Shown here: piece after piece, positions 37,668-49,446 of the stretch
Numbering within the stretch: position 1 is the first letter of the stretch
Layout: each line of letters starts with the position of its first letter
Source: Octopus sinensis
Lineage: Eukaryota
Reading direction: 5' to 3'
NCBI RefSeq assembly: GCF_006345805.1
Contig: NC_043000.1
Location: forward strand, 9,114,001 to 9,178,000
DNA: 64,000 nucleotides
Position numbers and translations under genes: made by a program
Notes under the pieces: model-generated
Databases searched by the model: none
Told to the model about the DNA's origin: nothing
The model's input: the letters and a program-made list of their open reading frames with translations, nothing else

Positions 37668-38132
37668 CTATGTAATTATAACTCTTCCCTATTTGAAGTC
37701 CTTGACAACAGTCTTGCAGATTGCTTTTGACAGATTGCTTTATATGGATGTTACTTAGGCGCAGGCGTAGCCTAGTGGTTAAGGGGTTCGATTCTTTTGA
37801 GTGGCATCTTGAGAGAGTATTTTTTTTTTTCACTTTCGCTTCGGATCGATCCAAACCCAACGAGTATAAAAAGGGTTGAAGGAAACTGTTTTGGAAGTTG
37901 TTCCTGTAATTCAGACGTTCAGCCCAGTCAATAATACATAAGATACTCTAACAAACTTTTACGAAGCGAAAGTGAAAAACAAAATACTCTCTCAAGATGC
38001 CACTCAAAAGAATCGAACCCCTTAACCACTAGGCTACGCCTGCGCCTAAGTAACATCCATATAAAACAATCTGTCCAAAACAATCTGCAAGACTGTTGTC
38101 AAGGACTTCAAATAGGGAAGAGTTATAATTAC
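37668..38132. repeat. Inverted duplication (~175-bp arms, ~110-bp spacer) containing a truncated SINE A head in each arm
   Basis: GTAATTATAACTCTTCCCTATTTGAAGTCC...GGCGCAGGCGTAGCCTAGTGG...CACTTTCGCTTCG is mirrored by CGAAGCGAAAGTG...GGACTTCAAATAGGGAAGAGTTATAATTAC. Confidence 0.93.
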
Positions 38133-38420
38133 GATGTATCATGATCTGATTTTACCTGGGAATTATGAGAGGAATATAGAGCATGTGGAATACTCAGCTA
38201 CTAACGTATTAATTTAAGGAGTAAATAGTTATGTTGATCAAAGAACCGAAAAACTCATCAATGAAACCGATGGAGAACCCATCTTCATGCATGCATTTAT
38301 ATAATAGGCTCCCTATTTACGATATATAGATGGTGGACTTCCGCCGTTTTATAAGACAGAAGGTTATCATTTCAGGAGAATTTGGCAGCTAGGAATAGCA
38401 GTTCGATCGACCGCGCAGAG

Positions 38421-39183
38421 TAGTGATTCTCAACTGGGGTCCATACGACCCTTGGAGATCCATACAAGTTTGTTGTGAAAAATTGGTTGTACTTCCAGGA
38501 GACAAAATATTTTAACAATTTTTTTTAATGCAATTTTTAATATTGATTTGTAAAATAAGTAATAGGACCATTGGGTGCTCATGTAAGATTTTGCTGTTAA
38601 AATTTATGCGCGGTAAATTGGTTATACTTCAATAATACATAAGATACTCTAACAAACTTTTTTCATACAATTCCTAATAATATCTAATTATAAAAATATC
38701 ATTTTAATTTTCACTTGTTTCAGTCATTCGACTGCGGTCATGCTGGGGCATCGCCTTGAATAATCTTTAGTCGATTAAATTCACTCCAGTACTTACTTTA
38801 TTTATAATTTTTTTTTTTGCTAAGCCTGGTATTTATCCTACGGGGTCTGTTTTGCGGAACCGTTAAGTTATGGGAACGTAAACACCCCAGCACCGGCTGT
38901 GAAGTGGTGGGAAGTGGGACAAAGATACACACAAAGACGCGCGCGCGCACACAGCTATATTTATGACAGTCTTTTTTCAGTTTCCGTCAACTCATAAGTC
39001 TTTAGTCGTCCCGAGGCTATAGTGGAAGACACCCAAGTTGTTTCACAGTGAAACTGAACCTAGAACCATGTGATTGGGAAGCAGGCTTCTCACAGCCACA
39101 CCATGGGATGGCTATGGGGGTCCACCTGATTAAATAGGAATCAAAGTGGTCCATAGGTAAACAGAAATAGTTGAGAACCACTG
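38421..39183. mobile_element. hAT/Charlie-like MITE interrupted by a family A SINE (~38710-39105, minus strand)
   Basis: Left end TAGTGATTCTCAAC and right end GTTGAGAACCACTG match the CAGTGGTTCTCAA termini of hAT-Charlie elements. Subterminal GGGGTCCA repeats are present; no TSD found. Confidence 0.6.
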
Positions 39184-40023
39184 TTATAAGAGAATATGAA
39201 GAAAAGAATTGGTGTGAGTTAGTTGTCAAGCGCAGGCAGTCTGAGTCACATACACATTAAAGATGATTAGGCGCGATATAATACCATAAAGGAAACATTT
39301 TATCGTCACTAATTGCACTGAGGGTGCCGAAGCACCTATATTGCAAGTCCAGAGTGTTAAAAACTCATAATGCTGTAAGAAGCGCACAATATATACACTG
39401 ACAGGGGAGATAACCGCCCCATGAGCGTCTCTAAGATTCACTAGACTAGACTAGTTTCTCCTATCAGTCGTAGGATCTTTAGCAGTGACTGCTCAAATGC
39501 TCGATGGTTTGGCTAAACCCGGCTGTCAGTAAATATATTTTTACTGTAGATATTAATGGCTGATTTAGCGAAATGCTTATGCGTATATCAAAAATTTATA
39601 TATTACAGCATTAAGAGTTTTTAACTCTTATTTCTTATACAGTTAGTGACTTACTGTATTTTGCAGTAAGCAAATTAAAAAGCTTAAAAGCTAGTTATAT
39701 TTAATATAGCTGAAAGGCCTGACTTAAGGATTGTCTGGATGAAAAGAGATTTGTTCCCTATTGTTTCATAGTTAGTACTTATTGTATGTAAATATGTTGT
39801 CAGATAGACAATAGAAGGGTTGACAAAGATGTGCCATTGTTTGGCTGTGGTTAGGGCATCGGTTGACCTTAATTCGCCTCTGTAATACACTCTCCACAGC
39901 TCATACATGCATACATACATACATACGCACACAACGATAGATATAGAAACATTAATCCATACGAATACGTATATATGTGGTGTATATCTATGTATCTGTA
40001 TCTGTCTATGTATATACATGTGC

Positions 40024-40083
<60 letters not shown>

Positions 40084-40162
40084 GATATAAATAGCTAGAT
40101 AGATAGAGAGGAAGCAATAGATAGATAGATAGAGAGAGAGAGAGATAGATAGGTAGATAGGT

Positions 40163-40209
<47 letters not shown>

Positions 40210-40497
40210 ATGTATATGTATATATATATATGTATACATACATATATATATATATTGATGTGGGCATTTTTCCCTTGTTAACAATTTTAGCAATTAACAC
40301 GGATAAAAATATATAAATAGTTACCAGGGTAGCAAAAAATCACACAAGTAAAAAGGTTGTAACTCCTTGTTTTAAAGGTAGAAACTTTGGGTTTATGTGA
40401 AATATATATAAATATATGTATATATATATATTTATATATATATAATTTAAGCAATAAAAAATCTCAGAACGAGGTATAAACAGCAGCTGCACGACAA

Positions 40498-40655
40498 TGT
40501 GAAGTATATTTGCCACTTAAATGTAGCTAACCACTATATGCCCTGGGCACAGAAAGTGTGTCAATAGCCAGCTGGAGATGTTCTCCTGGGGCTACAAGCT
40601 ACAGTAGCATCCACCCTTAGTGGTTGCTACATTTAAGTGGCAATATACTTCACAT
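40498..40655. mobile_element. Internally deleted relative of the 22136 MITE
   Basis: ~40-bp TIRs ATGTGAAGTATAT(T)TGCCACTTAAATGTAGC..AACCACTA. The internal CTGGGCACAGAAAGTGTG..ATAGCCAGCTGGAG..CTACAGTAGCATCCACCCTTAG matches the 22136 arm. Confidence 0.8.
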
Positions 40656-40674
40656 ATATTGAATTTTGTATCTA

Positions 40675-40731
<57 letters not shown>

Positions 40732-40799
40732 CACAGTTGTGTTTGTGCTAACAAGAAAAATAGAACTCAAAATATAGCTATACGTATGTTTTTATTAAT

Positions 40800-40902
40800 A
40801 TTTAGCAGAAGTGACTGAAGGTCTGAGATTTTCGTTCATTGGCATTTGATAAGTGCCAACAGACGAAACTCGGACCTTGCGTCACTCTTACTTCTGCTAA
40901 AT
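40800..40902. repeat. Imperfect ~100-bp palindrome
   Basis: ATTTAGCAGAAGT..AAGGTCTGAG..TTTCGT..TTGGCA (loop) TGCCAA..ACGAAACTCGGACCTT..ACTTCTGCTAAAT. Confidence 0.8.
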
Positions 40903-40917
40903 GTCAATATATATATA

Positions 40918-41651
40918 TAATAGTAACGAAGCTAAAGCACGCTGAGTAAAGACTCTTGATAAAAATTAACCTTGAACTCTGCTGTGCACGAAGTTTTAAC
41001 GTTCTAACCATCAGAAGCCTAAGCAAAGGAGCAGAAAGTGTATGGAGAGGAGTGTGTGAGCCGCATACAATTGTACGAGTGGTTCAGACGTTTCCAAGAT
41101 GGCCGAAAAAATGTCGATAGTGATGAACGCTCTGGGAGACCCGCAACCAGCACAACTTAGACGAACATCGCAGATGTGCGTGCAGCCGTGAGGGGAAATC
41201 GTTGAATCATCATCCTTGAGTTATCAGAGGATGTGCAGATTAGTTACGGTTCAGTTCAGTCCCTTATCACGGAAGATTTGGGTATGAGACGCGTGTGCCA
41301 AAACTGCTTTCTGCTGATCAAAAAACCATTTGGTTTCAGTTGCACAAGATCTCTTCGATTGTATCGAGAACAATGAAAAAGTTTTTTAATTTTTGCGTAA
41401 GCCTCTGAGCAGTTTTGGCAAAATTTGATGCGAATTCTCTGCTCAACTTTCTCTGTCAAGGTCAATGCGACGATCACACGCTACACACCTTCCTTCCAAG
41501 CACTGCTGTAAACAGCAGAAGTGAGCTAGAACGTTAAAACTCAGTGCACATGCAAAACAGGGTACATGGTCAATCTGTGCCCAGCAGCTTCACTCTGCGT
41601 ACTTTAACTTTGTTACTATGGTAACAGTCCGGATACTTATTGATCAAACCA
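40918..41651. mobile_element. Mariner derivative made of two inverted 5' ends
   Basis: Plus strand has a 5' UTR and transposase N-terminal HTH (QKVYGEECVSRIQLYEWFRRFQDGRKNVDSDERSGRP...LGMRRVC). Minus strand 41651-41390 has a TIR, the homologous 5' UTR and TEKVEQRIRIKFCQ..SEAYAK. Confidence 0.8.
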
Positions 41652-41662
41652 CTTATATACAA

Positions 41663-41716
<54 letters not shown>

Positions 41717-41783
41717 ATATATATAATATATATATATATATATAAAGAGAGAGAGAGAGAGAGAGAGAGATACATATATATAC

Positions 41784-41837
<54 letters not shown>

Positions 41838-41849
41838 TATATATATATA

Positions 41850-42020
41850 GGCGCAGGAGTGGCTGTGTGGTAAGTAGCTTGCTAACCAGCCACATGATTC
41901 CGGGTTCAGTCCCACTGCGTGGCATCTTGGGCAAGTGTCTTCTGCTATAGCCCCGGGCCGACCAATGCCTTGTGAGTGGATTTGGTAGACGGGAACTGAA
42001 AAAAGCCTGTCGTATATATG

Positions 42021-42079
<59 letters not shown>

Positions 42080-42300
42080 TGTGTGTGTGTGTATGTGTGT
42101 GTGTGTTTGTGTATGTGTGTTTGTCCCCCTAGATAACCGATGCTGGTGTGTTTACGTCCCCGTCACTTAGCGGTTCGGCAAAAGAGACCGATAGAATAAG
42201 TACTGGGCTTACAAAGAATAAGTCCCGGGGTCGATTTGCTCGACTAAAGGCGGTGCTCCAGCATGGCCGCAGTCAAATGACTGAAACAAGTAAAAGAGTA
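41850..42300 (+). mobile_element. SINE family A, full-length reference copy
   Basis: GGCGCAGGAGTGGCTGTGTGGTAAG (A-box), GGTTCAGTCCC (B-box), GGCATCTTGGGCAAGTGTCTTC (CORE-like), (TA)n(TG)n and a 3' block ending GAAACAAGTAAAAGAG. Confidence 0.92.
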
Positions 42301-42969
42301 ATATATATATATATATATTATATATATATATATGTGTATATATATATTACTCTTTTATACGTATATTGGTATATGTGTTTATATGCCTAGCTGTCAATCT
42401 GCAAATACATACACTTCAAGCCGCAGTCCGATAACCGAAACAAGTAAAAGATACATACATACACACAACGTTTATTCAGTGTCATCAAGAGAAATATAAC
42501 GAATAACTAACAAAAATGTACATCAATAACAAAGAGAAAGGAAGGTGGGGGAAAAGCTGTTATGTCGCAAGTAAACCAGACCGCAATCAGGTATATGAAA
42601 TTCTGCAATTCTTACACGTTGCATGCAGGCAACTGTTACGAGCGTGTTGAATCATGTTCAGATTGTGTATAGGAGTAAGAAAGTAAAATATATTCGCTGA
42701 GCATTTAATAAATACTTATTTCTCCTCCGGCTTTCAAAAGCTTTCGCATTTTTGCAAACGTTGAAAGGAAGAATATCAAAAGGGTTTTCTTCAGCTTCTT
42801 TTTTTCGTTTTGTTGTTTTTGGTTTTGAGTTATTTTTTATTGAACGCCTGTTTCCTTTATTTCTTATTTCTCAACATTTCTATTTATGGCCTTTATAGTT
42901 GTCGTCGTTGTTATTGTAGACACCGTTGTTGTTGTTATTATTTTTGTTGCTGTTGTTGTTCTTCTGCTT

Positions 42970-43011
<42 letters not shown>

Positions 43012-43636
43012 GTTGTTGTTGTTATTCTCATCTGTTTATTTCACTGTTAGGCGTGTGTTCTCTAATGGATTGAAAATGTATGCCGCCATATTGTACGCGT
43101 ACCACTTTCCAAATAAACTGAATCAGAACCAAATGTTCAGATATATGGACAAACACAAAAACACAAAGCAGTTACCTACATTTCTTCGAACACGCACTCA
43201 CACACACACTAACGCTCACACACACAGATACTGTATTTGTGTTTGTGTGTGTGTGTGTGTGTGTATGAGTGTGGAGATAGAGAGAGAGAGAGAGAGAGAG
43301 AAAGGGAGAGAGAGAGAAAGAGAGAAAGAGAGAGGAAAAGAGAAAGTGGGGGATCTTGTCCACACAAGCTACGAGAAGAAAACGCATTATTCCACATGTT
43401 TAGTAAGTTATATTATTCAAAAATATTTTTACGTACCGGTTTCAGTTTTCTAGAAAAGTTAATCATTGTAATGAACGCTACAAATGCACATTAGAATCTA
43501 CATGAGAAGTGAAACTTCTATGTTATAATGAAATTCAGAATAATCTAATTAATTACAATACAGAAGGAATTGTTTACTTTCTTCTGTTTATTACATACTC
43601 ACATATATATACATGTATGCATGTCTGTGTATATAT

Positions 43637-43849
43637 AGATCGCCATGTTGATTCGCTAGCTTCTGCACGCATTTTTTCTCTCTCCTTGTTTCTCTCTGTG
43701 TTTCTTTTCTGTGAATCTTTCTGTTGAAGAGCGTAGGCTCGAAACGTAAAAGACTTGTTTTATTTATATTCCTGAGCGCCATACTAATACAATTGTTTGT
43801 TTGTATTCCACCTGCCTTCGTCTTTTGTTTAATTTCATAAAGCTTCCCG

Positions 43850-43852
<3 letters not shown>
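43637..43852 (+). repeat. Solo Penelope pseudo-LTR (family A), homologous to the terminus of element 1
   Basis: Aligns closely over ~210 bp with the reverse complement of 13247-13460 and ends in a (TA)n array. Confidence 0.9.
43716..43753 (+). ncRNA. Candidate minimal type I hammerhead ribozyme, variant core CUGUUGA
   Basis: TCTTT-CTGTTGA-A-GAGC(GTAG)GCTC-GAAA-C-GTA-AAAGA. Stem I is TCTTT/AAAGA, stem II GAGC/GCTC, stem III the palindrome ACGT, and the cleavage triplet GUA. Confidence 0.5.
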
Positions 43853-43916
<64 letters not shown>

Positions 43917-44007
43917 ATTTTGATTTTGATTTTGATTTTTCCAGTTTCAGCTAATGAGCTGAGGCCATGAGATAAAAATGTGCAATTATTTATATCTCTA
44001 TAGATTA

Positions 44008-45185
44008 AGTGGCAAATTACAGCTCTGATCCAATTGTGGTTTCTGATTTACAGGTGTTTGAAATGGAGCCTGTTGAGTGTCGAGCAGTGATCCGGTTTTT
44101 GTATTTGAAAGGACGCACACCACAGGAGACTTTTGATGAAATGAAAGTAACTTATGGTGATGATGCCCCACTATATGACCTTGTAAAACGCTGGCATCGT
44201 GAATTCAAACATGGTCGGAACTCTGTGGAAACAGCTCCCAGATCTGGTCACCCCCTTCTGCCATTGATGAGGCATCTGTCCGTCAAGCTGAGGCTGCCAT
44301 TTTGGAAGATCGATGCATAACTATTCGTCAAATAGCCCATGAGGTCAAGATTAGTACCGGGTCTGTGGAAACTATCATTCATGACCATTTGCATATGCAA
44401 AAGGTGTCTGCCAGATGGATTCCCAGGTTGCTCACACCTTTCCAGAAGCAAGAAGGCGTCGAGTGCTCGGGGATGAATTTGGAGATGTGCCAAGAAGATG
44501 AATCAAAATTTTTCAAAAGACTGATTACACAGGATGAAACCTGGGTCCATCACTATGATTCAGAGACCAAAGCCCAGTCAATGCAGTGGAAGCACCGTGA
44601 CTCACCCCCTCCAAAGAAGGCAAGGGTTCAGCCCTCCGCTGGCAAGGTCATGCTCACAGTCTTCTGGGACCAGGACTGAGTAGTGATGACAGATTTCCTG
44701 GCAAAGGGTACCACAATTACAGGAGCCTATTATGCTTCACTTTTGAGGAAATTATGAGAAGCTATCAAAATCAAGAGGTGGGGCAAGATCAGCAAAGGCA
44801 TCCTCCTCCTGCAGGACAACGCTCCGGTCCACAACTCGCGTGACGCCAGATCAGAAGCACAGGCGTGCTGCTATGAACTCCTCCCCCACCCCCCTACGCT
44901 CCTGACCTTGCACCCTCTTATTTTCACCTCTTCCCAGCCATGAAGTTGTTTTTGAAAGGAAAGCATTTCACAGATGATGCAGCCTTAATTTCTGAAGTCA
45001 CATCGTGGTTGGAGGACCAAGCTGGGGTCTTCTACAAAAACGGTCTCCAGAGTTGCATCAAACGATGGGAGAAATGCGTAACTCTGGGTGGTTCCTATGT
45101 AGAAAAAGACTAATAACTGTGCCAAGTTTCGTTGCTCTACTTCTATGGGAAGTGGGTCAGGGGCATTACTTATTGAACGCCCCTC

Positions 45186-45188
<3 letters not shown>
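44008..45188 (+). mobile_element. Mariner transposon (irritans-like 3' TIR), 5' TIR missing, transposase pseudogene 44063-45113
   Basis: MEPVECRAVIRFLYLKG..., WIPRLL, ITQDETWVHHYD, QDNAPVH, PDLAP and RWEKCV..GGSYVEKD*, with frameshifts and stops. The 3' TIR GGGCATTACTTATTGAACGCCCCTCG (45161-45186) is followed by TA. Confidence 0.93.
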
Positions 45189-45228
<40 letters not shown>

Positions 45229-46468
45229 TATGTGTGTGTGTGTATCTACGTACGTACGTATGTGTGTATATGTGTATATGAATGTAAATTTGTGGTAAGA
45301 CAAATAAGATCTCCACAAGGAGCCATTTCGATTCTTGTAAACGAGTCATTTATTTACTGCGATAACTCAGTGCTTATGCCAACGATTATGTGAAATAGAT
45401 AAACATAGTGAATGAGTCTTAAATGTACCAACATGAAATAAATATGTTAGTAATTTCCACAGAATAAATGTCCTGGGTATCCAAAAGTTTCTGCGACCGT
45501 CTGCTTCTTCAACAAGTGTAAAATGGGTGCTGCTTTACTATAACTGAGAGTCGGTAAGAAGGAGTGGAATGTACAAACGGATCGATGCGAATGCGTTTGT
45601 GTTTAACAGAAAAAAATCCTATCTTATCGAGGGAGTCGAAATACCTTCTGTTTATTGTATTGATAAGATCTTAATTTAGAAAAGGGAAAATGCTTCGGAC
45701 CGGTTTATATGACAACTAAACACAAATGAATGTCACAAAATAAAATTATTTCGTTTAAATGAGGCATTTACTCATTAGGCATTCTCAATAAATTAGAAAT
45801 TATTTGAAGTTATGCCTAATGTGAAAGAAATAGAGGCAATATAAGAACCTCGAATATACTTATATAAAGAAAATATTCCAGTATATACCGATATGAAATC
45901 TTCCGAGACTTTTCGGGAACTGCTCACTTCAGTGTATGTGTACAGACGCGTGTGTGCACGCCTGTGGGTGTTTTTGTGTATATATAATCCTTGGTATGGT
46001 TAACTAGTTAAGAGGTTTGCTTCACAACAATAAGGTCCTGGGTTTAGATATCACTGCTTCTTGGTGTTCTGGGCATGTGACTTTTATCATAACCCCAGAG
46101 TGACCCACTCTTTGTGACTGAAATTGAAAAGCGGAAAATGTGTGGAAGCGTGTTGAGTGCACTATACCTGTAATTCACGAAGGCAGGTTAATATGATATA
46201 TCACGCAGATTCTACTTGATGATTGGGTTTAGAGTACATCTGTCTCTTCATGTCTCAGTCACTTTCACGCTTAAATAATGAATATGTATTTGACTTAATC
46301 GAACATCTGGAATATAACAAGGTTGAAACCTGCAAATATCCGTATTTACTTATTTACATGCGTCAAAATATAAATACATTTACATAAACACGCATATACT
46401 TTGCAAAAAAATACGTAGATACAAGTAAAATATATGCGAATACAATTCTACTCAAAACACACATCATA

Positions 46469-46538
<70 letters not shown>

Positions 46539-46667
46539 TCAAATTGCCGTCTGATGTGACATATGAAATTTACGAACATATGATACTAATGAATGTTGAT
46601 AGGCAGCGAGCGATTGAATCGATATAGCCAGATGAATGCCTGAATATGTACATACATCTGCATGTAT

Positions 46668-46827
46668 GACATTATTCAGTTTTATTTCAAGATTTCTTGC
46701 CAATAGAGAAAGAGCCGGTTTCTAACCTAGATCCAAGGCTCCTTCATTTGAATTTCAAGACCAACACCAGGGTGTTTTTTATTTGTATGTATATGTATGT
46801 ATATATGTATGTACGTACGTACATATG

Positions 46828-46861
<34 letters not shown>

Positions 46862-47580
46862 GTATGTATGTATGTATGTATGTATGTATGTATGTATGTA
46901 TGTATGCTTGTGTGTATGTGCAGGTTTGTGTTTCATGTATGTATTCTCATGCATATAGTTGCATATCTAGACATGCTCTATATAAAGACAGACAGTCATA
47001 ATAATACAGACAGGCCGTACTTTTCACATAGCCCCCAATGGACAAACTTGGCCACGTTATCGTGCCTCCTTTTGTAATGCTTTTGGGCCAGCTTACTACA
47101 CTCACTCACAATATGTGAGATTGTTTCGTTTCTGCTGCCACACATCCTACAAAGGGGCGGAGCTTGTTCCTGAGTCAGTGCATCCTTTCAGATCACTTTT
47201 TCTTAGCCATCTCCAACTGTTGATCATGTCTTTCCTTCGATTTCTCTGAGATATTGTCCATGCAGTGATTTCATTTTCCACTTGATTACTCTTTCTTCTT
47301 CATCTTGTTTCTTAAATGTTTGTGGTTGTATCACATTCTTGATAGGTATTGTGTTGTTAATTCTAACAGCGGCAAGCAAGGATTCACTCTGCTGTTTGAT
47401 GTACCATCACAGACTGTTCTTCTTGTTGACAACACAGATCTTGAACTCTTTGAGACTTCTGCTACTCCAATTTCTAGGCACATGCAATCTGTCAGTATCG
47501 CTTTTGGGATGTAGTTCCTTGTTAATTGTCATCACTTTTCCAGTTTTCCTGTCCATTTCCTCAAGCTTGTCCATTTAACA
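46668..47580 (-). mobile_element. R4/Dong-type RLE LINE fragment (RT C-terminus, CCHC finger) joined to its 3' UTR
   Basis: Reverse strand reads DRKTGKVMT..ELHPKSDTDRLHVPR, W..KSLHGQYLRE, SWRWLRKSDLK and CRMCGSRNETISHIVSEC..LAQKHYKRRHDNVA. The 3' UTR with (TACA)n and tail matches 61076-61370. Confidence 0.85.
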
Positions 47581-47921
47581 GCACCTGCGCCGCATCGCAT
47601 TAAGGAAACATCCCATGTGTTCATTGCCCTGTACAGCTGTAAAGTTATGAACTTGATTACATCACATATTTGCACGCTCGAATTATGATGTGAATGCATT
47701 CCTGACGCCTATTATTATTGGTCGACGTATCTGCTTCCATTCACGCTCGACGAAGATCGTTCTTACAGAACTGACTTCCTACTTCAACCCTACCCGCCCC
47801 GGACAGAGGAGTTGGAGGCTAAGCATGGCGTTTATATGTGCATTGCCTGATGACTAGACTATCTATACCACACTTACTTCAGCATTCTGTAACACATTCT
47901 CTCTCTCTCCCTCCCTCTCTG

Positions 47922-47979
<58 letters not shown>

Positions 47980-48159
47980 TATATATATATTATATGGTGT
48001 GTGGTGTGTGTGTGTACACATAGGCTCACACACCCACATATATATGTATATATATTATACATATACAAGTATATATTTGTATGTGTATGCATGTGCTTAT
48101 ATATATATATATATCATACATACATACACGCACAAGCACATTCATATACATACATACAT

Positions 48160-48230
<71 letters not shown>

Positions 48231-48583
48231 ATATACATACATACATATATGTGTTTATTTATTTATTATTTATTTTCATATATGACCGGGAAGAGAGAGA
48301 GAGAGAGGATGAGAAAATAAAAAGGGAAGAAGAAACAAATCGTCCTACTCTAGTTTTTCATTGATCTTAGATACCGAGTGAAGTCAATGAACAGCTTAGA
48401 TCCAATCAAGCTGGCTATATACTTCTGCTACTTTTAATTGATCACTCCTACCAATAAGTTATCGGCTTCAAACGTCACCAGCTTAGTGTTGTTTCTATGA
48501 AAACTGGCCACCTATCAAAATGTTATTCTTATGTCTATCACCTGCATCTATCTCTCACTTTCTCATATTCTCTCTCCTTCACC

Positions 48584-48620
<37 letters not shown>

Positions 48621-48692
48621 CTTCCTCTCTCTTTCTTCCTCGTCCCTCTCATTTTATTAATATTTTATTTTTGCTTCTGTTCTCCCTCTCGC

Positions 48693-48765
<73 letters not shown>

Positions 48766-48940
48766 TTTCTTTGTCTTGATTTCTCTTTTAGAAGAGAGAA
48801 TATTGAAGCATAAAACGGGATTCTTTAATGAATTCCCCAACACCTTTTGCGTATGTTTGGCGAAAACTTTTGGAAGATATCACGATTTCTATCAACAAAA
48901 AAAATTAATTTAAGCTATTTCAATATTATTACATAAATAT

Positions 48941-48989
<49 letters not shown>

Positions 48990-49149
48990 CTTCTATTTCT
49001 CTCGTTTTTACTTTCTCTGTTTTCATTTTTTCCTGTTCCCCTTCACTCCCCCTCTCTCTCTCTCATTCTTGCACCTCTTCGTCCTCCTCCTCTCATCTTC
49101 TTTATTCCATACTTCACTCTTTTCTTTCGATATATGTATATATATTTTA

Positions 49150-49406
49150 TTTATTTATTCGCCCTTTTCAAGCTTAGCCAGGCTCATGGGCCCGGTTTCC
49201 CGGTTTCTGTGGCGTATGTGTTCCTCCCAAGCGAATGGGACGCCAGTCCATCGCAGCGTTACTCAAGAAACAAGGAAGAAAGAGTGAGATAAATTTGGGA
49301 CGAAAGAGTACGATAGGGGTCGCCGCCACTCCCTCCCGGTCTGGGAATCGAAACCGCGATCCTCCGACCGCGAGTCCGCTGCCCTAACCACTGGGCCATT
49401 GCGCCT

Positions 49407-49408
<2 letters not shown>
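49150..49408 (-). mobile_element. SINE family C (tail type 2) with atypical middle segment
   Basis: Reverse complement: GGAGGCGCAATGGCCCAGTGGTTAGGGCAGCGG...GGTTTCGATTCCC, then CTGCGATGGACTGGCGTCCC and GAAACCGGGAAACCGGGCCC. The TTGAGCAAAACACTT body is absent. Confidence 0.8.

Positions 49409-49446
<38 letters not shown>

Noticed and set aside
49330-49408. tRNA-like sequences at SINE heads (also 41850, 10020, 29778)
   Set aside because: A- and B-boxes are present, but they continue into SINE bodies and lack a proper acceptor stem, so they are not tRNA genes.
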